NCBI GenBank assembly: GCA_021839245.1 | Contig: JAKCBQ010000002.1 | Location: forward strand, 57,671-121,670 | Direction of reading: 5' to 3' | Length of the DNA stretch: 64,000 nucleotides | Origin: Pseudomonadota bacterium | Lineage (GTDB): Bacteria > Pseudomonadota > Gammaproteobacteria > JAKAQQ01 | Shown: positions 52,484-59,896 of the stretch, one piece after another | Numbering within the stretch: position 1 is the first letter of the stretch | Layout of the letters: each line of letters starts with the position of its first letter | Notes under the pieces: generated by a model | Databases searched by the model: none | Told to the model about the DNA's origin: nothing | What the model saw: only the letters and a program-made list of their open reading frames with translations | Program-made: the position numbers and the translations under genes

Positions 52484-53830
52484 CTGGGCGTCGAGCGCTT
52501 CCGCCGGCCGCTTGCCGCGGCGGAGGGCCGTCCCCTCCGGGTGGCCGTCTCCGGCGGGCGCGATTCGCTCGTCCTTCTCGATCTTCTCCTCCACCTGGTG
52601 CACCCGAAGGATCGCTCTCTGGCGGTTCTGCACTTTCACCACGGGAGCGGGGAACACGCGGATCGGGCGCTCGCGGCGGTCACCGCCCTCTGCCGGGAAC
52701 ACGGCCTGGCGCTCGAGGTGGGACGCTTCGCCGAGGATCGGGCCCCGCGCGCGGGCGGGATCGAAGCGCGCTGGCGGGAGGCCCGTTACGCCTGGTTCGC
52801 GGCGTGTCTCGATCCCGAGGGGGTTCTCCTGACCGCCCACCACGCCGACGATCGTCTCGAGAGTCTCGTGCTCTCCCTCCTCCGCGGCGGGGGAGGGGAC
52901 GGGTGGACGGCGATGGGTCGCACGGGGGTGATGAGACCCTTTGCTTCGGGCTACCTTTTGCGTCCCCTTCTCGACTGGAGACGCGCCGAGATCCATGCCT
53001 ACGCGCGGGCGCGCAGGCTTTCGTGGGTCGAGGATCCCGGCAACAGCGACGAGGCCCGGGCGCGTGTCTTCGTCCGCCGCCGTGTGCTCGGGCCGCTCGC
53101 CCGACGCTGGCCGTCGGCGGCGGCGACGGCCGCCCGGGGTCTCGATGCCCTGGCCGAAGACGAGGAGAGGCTCCGGAGGCTCACGGCCGAGAAGTACGCC
53201 GAAGTGGTGCGTAGCCACGTTCTCGAGGTGGCGAGGATCCACGCATTCCCCCCCTCCGAGCGGCGTGCACTCCTCCGTCTCTGGCTCGTGCAGCACGGCG
53301 GGGCGAAACTTCCCCGTCCGCGCTTTGCGCTTCTCGAGGAGGCGTGCGGCGGGGGCGGGGCGAGGACGCTCGAGGTGCGTGGGGAGGAGGGACGGCGGTA
53401 CGCACTCTTCGCCGGCGGACTCTACGCTCTTCTCCCGCTTCCCACCGTTCCTCCGGCGGATTGGGAAGGGGAAGCCGACGAGCGTGGAGTCGTGACGCTC
53501 CCCTCGGGCTATGGGACGCTTTTCCTCCGCGGGGAGGGGAGGGGGCATGTCCGCTTCCGCCGAGGCGGGGAGTCTCTCGCCTGGGGGCGCGAGGGGACGC
53601 GCCTTCAGGAGTTTCTCCGCCGTCGCCGTGTGCCGCCCTGGTTGCGTTCGCGTCTTCCGCTGGTTTTTGTCGATGGGAGAATCCGTGCCGTCGCCCCCCG
53701 GTGGGTTGAAGAGAGCTGGCGGGCCCAAGGTGGAGGCGTCGTCTGGATTCCGGATTCGGTGGGGCTGATCCAGGCGCTTCAGGATGTCGAAGAGCGGAAG
53801 GAATCTTCCGCGAGAGGATCCTCTTCCTGA
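52484..53830 (+). CDS. tilS: tRNA(Ile)-lysidine synthase TilS (start codon unresolved)
   Basis: PP-loop VAVSGGRDSLVLLDLL. About 450 aa. Conserved position after accA. The only in-frame candidates after the accA stop are CTG 52484 and GTG 52541. GTG 52298 would overlap accA by about 150 nt. Confidence 0.8.
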   Translation: MGVERFRRPLAAAEGRPLRVAVSGGRDSLVLLDLLLHLVHPKDRSLAVLHFHHGSGEHADRALAAVTALCREHGLALEVGRFAEDRAPRAGGIEARWREARYAWFAACLDPEGVLLTAHHADDRLESLVLSLLRGGGGDGWTAMGRTGVMRPFASGYLLRPLLDWRRAEIHAYARARRLSWVEDPGNSDEARARVFVRRRVLGPLARRWPSAAATAARGLDALAEDEERLRRLTAEKYAEVVRSHVLEVARIHAFPPSERRALLRLWLVQHGGAKLPRPRFALLEEACGGGGARTLEVRGEEGRRYALFAGGLYALLPLPTVPPADWEGEADERGVVTLPSGYGTLFLRGEGRGHVRFRRGGESLAWGREGTRLQEFLRRRRVPPWLRSRLPLVFVDGRIRAVAPRWVEESWRAQGGGVVWIPDSVGLIQALQDVEERKESSARGSSS

Positions 53831-54209
53831 GGATCGTCGCCTCGTTCCCGCCTGTCGTCAATCTCCCTGAACGGGACTTTTGAGACCCGGCTCGGGTGCC
53901 GGGCGATCACCCGAGCGCCTCGATTCGGTGGGGAGTGCATAAGTTCAGAAACCTTTGGCACTTCTTCGAGTGTGGAGGAGAGCATCGAGTCCAAGGTCGA
54001 CGTCATGATGGACGTCTTGCTCAATCAATCAGAGGTTCCTTGGTTTTTGGCTTGTCGTATCGGCTCAGGCGGGGCTGTCGTCGCCCCCGTCTTTCCCGTC
54101 GTGACCGGGCGACTCGACGCGTTAGGGCTTGAAGCTGTTCCGGCAGCTCTCCCTTCCACTGCTGTTTGTGGCGCCGCTCTATGGGGTTGCGGGAGCGAAT
54201 GAGCCTTTG

Positions 54210-54245
54210 TTGCGTAAGGACTGAATAAAGACTATATTAAGTCCT
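54210..54245 (+). promoter_or_regulatory. Sigma70-like promoter with overlapping inverted repeat upstream of the phd/parE module
   Basis: TTGCGT (54210-54215), N17, TATATT (54233-54238). The inverted repeat AGGACT (54217-54222) / AGTCCT (54240-54245) brackets the -10 element, a typical autorepression-operator arrangement for type II TA loci. Confidence 0.5.
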
Positions 54246-54267
54246 CCTTGTGCCAAGGCGTCAACTC

Positions 54268-54543
54268 ATGCGCTACTCAACGCAAGTCAAACCCATCAGT
54301 TACCTCAAGGCGAACGCGGCCGAAGTTTTGGCCCAATTGACCGAGAAGCGGGAGCCTCTTGTCATTACCCAGAACGGGGAAGCCAAGGCGGTTATTCAAG
54401 ATATCGCCTCCTTTGAGGAAACACAGGAAACACTGGCGCTGCTAAAAATTCTCGCGCTCGGCAATGCGGAGATTGAGGCTGGCAAGGTCAAGCCCGTGGC
54501 CGAGGTTGTCGCAAGATTGCGGGCCAAACAGGCCGCCAAGTAA
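54268..54543 (+). CDS. Type II antitoxin, Phd/YefM family
   Basis: MRYSTQVKPISYLKANAAEVLAQLTEKREPLVITQNGEAKAVIQDIASFEE.. is the canonical Phd/YefM N-terminal fold sequence. 91 aa. Its stop overlaps the toxin start (TAATG). Confidence 0.85.
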   Translation: MRYSTQVKPISYLKANAAEVLAQLTEKREPLVITQNGEAKAVIQDIASFEETQETLALLKILALGNAEIEAGKVKPVAEVVARLRAKQAAK

Positions 54544-54878
54544 TGGGGGGGCGAAAATACGAGATTTTGCTGACCGAAGGGGCCGAGAAGGATCTGGAGT
54601 CGATCTACGGCTACATCGCCGAATTTGATTGCAAGGCCAACGCCGACCACGTGCTGGATCGGCTGTTGGAGGTCGTCGAGAGCCTGTCAACTTTTCCTGA
54701 GCGCGGCGCCTGCCCCAAGGAACTGATGGTCCTTGGCATTCGGGAATATCGGCAAGTCTCTTTCAAGCCCTATCGAGTGATCTACCGTGTCACGGCGCAG
54801 AAGGTTTACGTTTATGCGATCGCCGACAGTCGGCGGGATATGCCGTCGCTCTTGGTGCGGCGCCTGCTTGGGGCTTGA
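54543..54878 (+). CDS. Type II toxin, RelE/ParE superfamily (ParE-like)
   Basis: 111 aa. ..LTEGAEKDLESIYGYIA..FPERGACPKEL..REYRQVSFKPYRVIYRVTAQKVYVYAIADSRRD matches ParE/RelE family architecture. Paired with the upstream antitoxin. Confidence 0.8.
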   Translation: MGGRKYEILLTEGAEKDLESIYGYIAEFDCKANADHVLDRLLEVVESLSTFPERGACPKELMVLGIREYRQVSFKPYRVIYRVTAQKVYVYAIADSRRDMPSLLVRRLLGA

Positions 54879-54986
54879 CTGCCGAACGTGCGGAGATGAC
54901 CACATCAAGTCGATGGCGTACTTCCATCGCCAACGTACGGCCGTTCCGAGCCAGTAGAAGGCTTTCCAAAAGTAGCAAGTCTTCTA

Positions 54987-55337
54987 TCAGAAAGACTCCG
55001 TATCCAATTCAAATACGTGATCATCGTAATCGAAGAAGTACAAAGCCCTGTCGGAACGAGCCCTTATGAACTCGCGCCCCATGGCTTGAAGTTTGGCGGC
55101 GGTAGCCTCGAGAATTTCCGGTGTGGTGTGAAAGGCAATATGGTCCCCGGTCCGGACACGTTGAACAGGTGCGCCGACCAGAACAATCCATGTGCCTGCC
55201 GGTTTGAAGAATGTTTCGAGATGTCCCTCTTCGTTCTCACGCTCGACCGTCCGGGCGTCGAAGAGCTCACGAAACAGCGCGGCTGTCCGTGCAGGGTTCT
55301 TCACTACGAGGGCAATGTGGCTAATGGCATCGAGCAT
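54987..55337 (-). CDS. VOC-superfamily metalloenzyme resembling the FosX fosfomycin-resistance epoxide hydrolase
   Basis: 116 aa. ISHIALVVKNPARTAALFRELFDA.., ..LETFFKPAGTWIVLV.., ..DHIAFH.. and ..LYFFDYDDHVFELD line up, from memory, with FosX (SHITLIVKD.., KEKFFLIAGLWICIM, NHIAF, IYFYDFDNHLFELH). This includes the His/His/Glu metal triad and the Glu44 position. GAGG RBS and a TAGAAT box upstream. Confidence 0.6.
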   Translation of the reverse strand: MLDAISHIALVVKNPARTAALFRELFDARTVERENEEGHLETFFKPAGTWIVLVGAPVQRVRTGDHIAFHTTPEILEATAAKLQAMGREFIRARSDRALYFFDYDDHVFELDTESF

Positions 55338-55481
55338 GCGTCACCTCGGCAAAAATTCTACTGTGCAAGACTCAGTGAGGAGAGCGTCCGCTCATCGGAA
55401 GTCCGTCTGGCAAGCTCGAATGTCAAATTCGGGCCACTCCAGCCCGGCCGCCGCCGCCCTTGCGTCCTCCTTGTCCAAGCC

Positions 55482-56112
55482 TTTCACGCCCTCACAATCG
55501 CCAGCTCGCTCCACCGCGTCGTGTACGCCGGTGTCATCGTCTCGCGCTTCATGGCCCAGCGCCGCGGCTTCTGGAGCCCGGCACTAGGTATCCCTACCTG
55601 CTATGCGGCGTGACCATCGACCATCCCCATCCGGTCTGGTTTGCGGATGTGACCTACCTGCCATGGCGCGGGGATTTCAGGACCTCGTCGTCCCGGTGGA
55701 CTGGTTCGGCCGCAAGGTCCTCTCCTGGCGGGTTTTGAACAGTTTGGATGCGGGATTCTGTGCCGAGGCCTTGGGCGAAGCCCTGCGCCGGTACGGCGCG
55801 CCCGAGATCTTCAACAGTGATCAAGACGCGCAGTTCACTTCGGAAGGCTTCCTCACGGTACTCGAACAGCACGGCATCCGCATCAGTATGGATGGCAAGA
55901 GCCGAGCTTTGGACAACGTCTTTGTGGAGAGGCTCTGGCGCACGGTCAAGGATGAGCACGTCTATCTGCAGCTGGCGGACAGCGGTGAGGAACTGAAGGC
56001 TGGTCTCCGGGCCTATTTCGCCTGGTACAATGCCGCACGACCGCATTCCTCCCTCGGCGGGAAAACCCCGGACGCGATCTACGCGGAAGGGCTGTTACGG
56101 CAGGCGGCCTGA
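55482..56112 (+). pseudogene. IS3-family transposase OrfB remnant (5'-truncated, frameshifted)
   Basis: The rve/DDE core is spread over at least three frames: ..LHRVVYAGVIVSRFMAQRRGF.. / ..YPYLLCGVTIDHPHPVWFADVTYLP / MARGFQDLVVPVDWFGRKVLSWRVLNSLDAGF..PEIFNSDQDAQFTS..ISMDGKSRALDNVFVERLWRTVK..YNAARPHSSLGGKTP. A 1-nt frameshift lies near 55661. There is no orfA and no terminal repeats. Confidence 0.8.
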
Positions 56113-56118
56113 CCTGCC

Positions 56119-56848
56119 ATGAGAACCGTCCAGAGCTTAATCACCCCTTCAGGCTGTCTAAACCAGGGGAACCACCTCACTCGCGATCCGCTCGGTCTCC
56201 ACCCTCGGCAGGATCCTCACCCGCGCGCCCGACAAGAGTCGCGTTGCCACTGCCAGACTCGACTCCCAAGGCTGCCCAAGCTCCTGCGCCGTCCTCCGAA
56301 GCCCCGAAAGCCCAAGGGCGTGAAGACCGGCCCGCTCCCGTGCTTGGCCGTCGATACCATCTGGCGCGCCTGGGACGGCATCCGGCGCTCCACCCTCACC
56401 TTCATCGATCCCGTCCGGCTTCTTCGCCTGTGCCTTGGTCATCCCCGGCAAATCCACCCGTCCCACCCAAGCGGCCCGGGATGAGGTCCTCGCGCGGCTG
56501 CCTCAACCGCTCCAAGTCCTGCTGTCCGACAACGGCCGTGAGTTCGAGGTACGCTTGGCTCGAAGCCTCGAGCGCCACGACATCCAGCGCAGGGACACAG
56601 ACCCCAGGACGCCCCAAATGAACGCCCACGCCGAGCGTTTCAACCGCACCCTTCAGGAATCCTTCGTCGACGACCACAAGGATCTCTTGTTCACCGACCT
56701 CGCTCTCTTCAACCGGAAGCCGACCGAGTGGCTCGTGTTCACCAACACCGAGCGCCCGCCCCAGGGACTCGACCAGCCATCTCCGTTATCCTTTCTCCTT
56801 CACCACCAACCCGAGTGCCAAAGGTGGTGGACTTATACAGGGAGTTGA
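56119..56848 (+). pseudogene. Second DDE (rve) transposase remnant, IS481-like, 5'-truncated and frameshifted
   Basis: ..KPRKPKG..LAVDTIW..LTFIDPV.. in one frame continues as ..PGKSTRPTQAARDEVL..LLSDNGREF..PRTPQMNAHAERFNRTLQESFVD..FNRKPTEWLVFTNTERPPQGL..CQRWWTYT in another, so the D, D and E residues are all visible. The N-terminal HTH part is missing. It abuts the IS3 remnant. Confidence 0.65.
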
Positions 56849-56905
56849 CCCGCGCGTTACACTGAGGCACAATAGCCGCGCCCTGCCTGTGCCCTGACGA
56901 GTGCC

Positions 56906-57124
56906 ATGCCGAAAGAAGAGAGTCTGCAGATGGAGGGGACGGTCGTCGAGACCCTCCCCAACACCAGTTTCCGTGTGCGGCTCGACAACGGGCACGTGGT
57001 GCTCGCGCACATCTCCGGCAAGATGCGCAAGAACTACATCCGTATCCTCACGGGCGACAAGGTCACGGTGGAACTCACGCCCTACGATCTCACGAAGGGG
57101 CGGATCATTTACCGCAATCGCTGA
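56906..57124 (+). CDS. infA: Translation initiation factor IF-1
   Basis: 72 aa. [70 protein letters not shown] is near-canonical IF-1. Confidence 0.97.
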   Translation: MPKEESLQMEGTVVETLPNTSFRVRLDNGHVVLAHISGKMRKNYIRILTGDKVTVELTPYDLTKGRIIYRNR

Positions 57125-58119
57125 TCGGCGCGCGGCTCCTCTTCGCGGGCGAGCCAGCCTGCGAGCGCACGGGGCTCGACATTTCCGCCGCTCAAGAGAA
57201 GACCGATCGTGCGTCCGCGTCGCTCCTTTTCGGGGAGCGCCAGAAGCGCGGCCACGACCGTGGCCGACGAAGGCTCGATGACCGCGTGCGTCTCGCGTAC
57301 GAAAAGACGGAGAGCGGTGATCGTCTCCTCATCCGTCACCGTGAGAACGCCGTCCACCGCACGGCGGATGATCGCGAACGGGAGCACTCCCACGAGCGCC
57401 CGAAGGCCGTCCGCGATCGTCTCGGGTTGATGCCGCGTGAGGCGGTTTCCCGTCATCAAGGACTCCCGGGTGTCGGCCGCCCCGGCGGGTTCGACGCCGA
57501 GAAGGCGTGCTTGGGGACGGCGGGCGCGGAGCGCGAGTGCACTTCCGGCGATGAGGCCCCCGCCGCCCATGGGGACGAGGAGCGTGTCGAGATCGGGCGC
57601 CTGGTCGAGGAATTCGTCGCAGGCGGTTCCCTGCCCGGCGATGACGCGCCGGTCGTCGTAGGGGGGGATGGCCACCAAGCCCTCGGTGGCCACAAGGCGT
57701 GCGAGCGTGGCTTCGCGCGCTTCCTGCGTGGGGGCGCAGGGGACGATGCGCGCACCTTCCTCTTCGAGGAGACGGATCTTGGCGGGACTCGATCCCTCGG
57801 GGAGGGCGACCGTGACCGACACGCCGAGACGCCGGCCGGCGTAGGCGAGGGCCGCGCCGTGGTTGCCGGAACTGTGGGTGACGACGCCGCGGCGGCGCTC
57901 TTCTTCACTGAGGCTGAGGAGGGCGTTCGTGGCCCCGCGGATCTTGAAGGCTCCGGTCGGCTGGAACTGTTCGCACTTGAGGAGGATGCGGCAGTCGAGC
58001 CGTTCTCCGAGCCGCGTCCACGGGAGGACGGGGGTGGGAGGGATGAGGCCGGCGAGGCGTTCCCGGGCGGCGCGTACGTCTTCGTAGGATGGGGGCTCGG
58101 CGAGAGGGACGGAGGTCAT
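57109..58119 (-). CDS. PLP-dependent threonine/serine dehydratase family enzyme (no ACT regulatory domain)
   Basis: Start at ATG 58119 ([22 protein letters not shown]..). PLP-lysine motif [11 protein letters not shown] and glycine loop [10 protein letters not shown]. 336 aa. The 3' end overlaps infA convergently by 16 nt. Confidence 0.8.
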   Translation of the reverse strand: MTSVPLAEPPSYEDVRAARERLAGLIPPTPVLPWTRLGERLDCRILLKCEQFQPTGAFKIRGATNALLSLSEEERRRGVVTHSSGNHGAALAYAGRRLGVSVTVALPEGSSPAKIRLLEEEGARIVPCAPTQEAREATLARLVATEGLVAIPPYDDRRVIAGQGTACDEFLDQAPDLDTLLVPMGGGGLIAGSALALRARRPQARLLGVEPAGAADTRESLMTGNRLTRHQPETIADGLRALVGVLPFAIIRRAVDGVLTVTDEETITALRLFVRETHAVIEPSSATVVAALLALPEKERRGRTIGLLLSGGNVEPRALAGWLAREEEPRADQRLR

Positions 58120-59360
58120 CACACGCTCCTGTGCACACCGCGCGGCCGCCAGGCCGGGGCGATCACATCGGGGGAAGGGCTCCGTTCGAGGAGTGCGGCC
58201 GGGTGGACCGACCAGGGGCCGAAACGGTGGTTGATGGCGTCGACCGCGGCGTTGAGACGCGCCCGGCGGGGATCGGGGGCGTTCCAGAGATCCGCTTGCC
58301 GCCCGCACGCGCGGGGGTCGAGGGCAAGGACGTGGATGCGGTCGACCCCTTGTCCGGTCCAGACGTCGTTCAGGAACCTAGTGACGTAGGGACGGAGCAC
58401 CGAGGCGTCGTTCGTGGCCACGGCCAGGCGGTGGACGGCCTCGCAGGTTGTCGTGCGGCTGTAAGTGGCGAAGCGGAAATTCTGGGCCTCGAGGTTGTGG
58501 GCGCGCAGGCGGGCGGCGAGTTTCTCGATCATGTGGAGGAAATAGACCGCGAGGAGTTCGCGCTCGGTGGTCCCCGGAGGTGTGACTTTGCCGTGGCCGA
58601 GGGTGCGGGGAGGGCGCGGATCGCTCGGCTGGACGGGGTCGGGGTCGGCGCCCTGGGCCATGAGCCAGTAGCGAAGACCCGGAGGGCCGAAGCGGCGGGT
58701 GAGTACGCTCGGAGGGAGTCGGGCCATCTCCCCGCAGGTGTGCACGCCGCGGGCGGCCAGAAACGATCCGATCCCGTTCTTGATCCCGCAGAGTTCGGTG
58801 ACGGGCACCGGACTCAGGCGGATGCGGGCTTCCCACGGGGGGATCACGACGAACCCCCGAGGCTTCTTGAGCTTGGCCGCGTACTTGGCCGTCGTCTTGT
58901 CGCCCGAGAGGCCGACGCTACACGGAAGCCCCGTCTCGCGCAGGATGAGATCCTGGGCGCGGCGGGCGAGGGCCACCGGGGAGCCGAGTTCCTGGCAGTG
59001 GGTGAAATCGAGAAAGGCTTCGTCGACCGAGAAGACCTCGAGATCCGGGGTGATCGTCGTGAGGAGATCCATGATCCGCGTCGAGATCTCGGCGTAGCGT
59101 TGCGGGCGGGCCGAACGCTGCACGAGGCCGGGGCAAAGCCTGCGGGCCTCGCGCAGACGCATGCCGGTGTGCACGCCGAAGCGGCGGGCCTCGTAGGAAC
59201 AGGTGATGATGCAGGTCCCGAGCGCGCCGTTCGTGACCGCCACGGGCCGGTCGCGGAGTTCCGGAAAGTCGAGCTGCTCGATGCTGGCGAAGAAGGCGTT
59301 CATGTCGACGAGCGCGATGGCGCGCGACCAGCGGACACGAAAACGCCAGGAATCGCTCAC
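58119..59360 (-). CDS. dinB: DNA polymerase IV (Y-family)
   Basis: ..IALVDMNAFFASIEQLDFPELRDRPVAV..CSYEARRFGVHTGM..VFSVDEAFLD... Start set to GTG 59360, preceded by GAGGAG. The stop overlaps the start of the downstream dehydratase (TGATG). Confidence 0.88.
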   Translation of the reverse strand: MSDSWRFRVRWSRAIALVDMNAFFASIEQLDFPELRDRPVAVTNGALGTCIITCSYEARRFGVHTGMRLREARRLCPGLVQRSARPQRYAEISTRIMDLLTTITPDLEVFSVDEAFLDFTHCQELGSPVALARRAQDLILRETGLPCSVGLSGDKTTAKYAAKLKKPRGFVVIPPWEARIRLSPVPVTELCGIKNGIGSFLAARGVHTCGEMARLPPSVLTRRFGPPGLRYWLMAQGADPDPVQPSDPRPPRTLGHGKVTPPGTTERELLAVYFLHMIEKLAARLRAHNLEAQNFRFATYSRTTTCEAVHRLAVATNDASVLRPYVTRFLNDVWTGQGVDRIHVLALDPRACGRQADLWNAPDPRRARLNAAVDAINHRFGPWSVHPAALLERSPSPDVIAPAWRPRGVHRSV

Positions 59361-59533
59361 GCTGCTCCTCAACGACCCCAGGTGGCGGCGGGACGGAACG
59401 GGGGAAGGAGTGTAGCACGCCGACCTTGGCCTCGGACCGGCCCTCGAGAGATCCGAATCAACTCCCCTGGCCGTGGTTTCCGGGATCGCGTGCGAGAGAG
59501 ACATGAGAGGGCGAAAAGAATGAGAAGAAATCG

Positions 59534-59561
59534 AGAATAAATATTTATTCTATTGATATCA
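59534..59561. repeat. Perfect 18-bp AT palindrome plus an adjacent 8-bp palindrome inside an AT-rich island
   Basis: AGAATAAATATTTATTCT (59534-59551) is a perfect palindrome. TGATATCA lies at 59554-61. Both sit in a run of about 60 nt that is almost pure A/T, within an otherwise GC-rich genome. Confidence 0.6.
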
Positions 59562-59896
59562 TTTATAATAATATATTGCTGAGCTCTGGGTCGCCATGAT
59601 AGGGGCTGGTGTGTCCTGAGGCATATTCGAGAGCCGTTATGTGGGCAGGGCGGGGGTGCGTTGTCCCTGCTGTCCCCGTGGCGGGCAAGCCCTCCTCAGG
59701 TCTTGAGGAGCGGTACAGGTGTTGCAGGGAACCCACCAACGCGCTTTCATCCTTCCGCATCCTCATCGATCGCCGCAAGACCTCTCGGCGTGAGCGCATG
59801 CGATCCGTATCCGGAGGTTATGATTCCGCGCCGCGATGTGGGGGACCGGCGAGCGGTCCGATGCGTGCCTTCCTGCCTCCTCTTTCCCGTACGTGG

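Noticed and set aside
53779-54202. Small ORFs in the left part of the islet: an 81-aa minus-strand ORF at 53779-54024 and a 76-aa plus-strand ORF at 53972-54202.
   Set aside because: Neither has a convincing RBS or any recognisable motif. One overlaps the tilS 3' end. They could be remnants, but they cannot be supported as genes. A 9-bp-stem hairpin at 53890-53916 lacks a U-tract, so I did not call it a terminator.
58089-59540. A 483-aa plus-strand ORF opposite dinB, and a 464-aa plus-strand ORF (61640-63034) opposite the RND pump.
   Set aside because: Same reasoning as above. The minus-strand frames carry the canonical Y-family polymerase and RND motifs, and the plus-strand translations are low-complexity.
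59361-59600. Expected LexA (SOS) box upstream of dinB.
   Set aside because: No CTGT-N8-ACAG, GAAC-N4-GTTC or GTTC-N7-GTTC match is visible. The AT palindrome does not fit any LexA consensus I know, so I did not annotate a LexA site.
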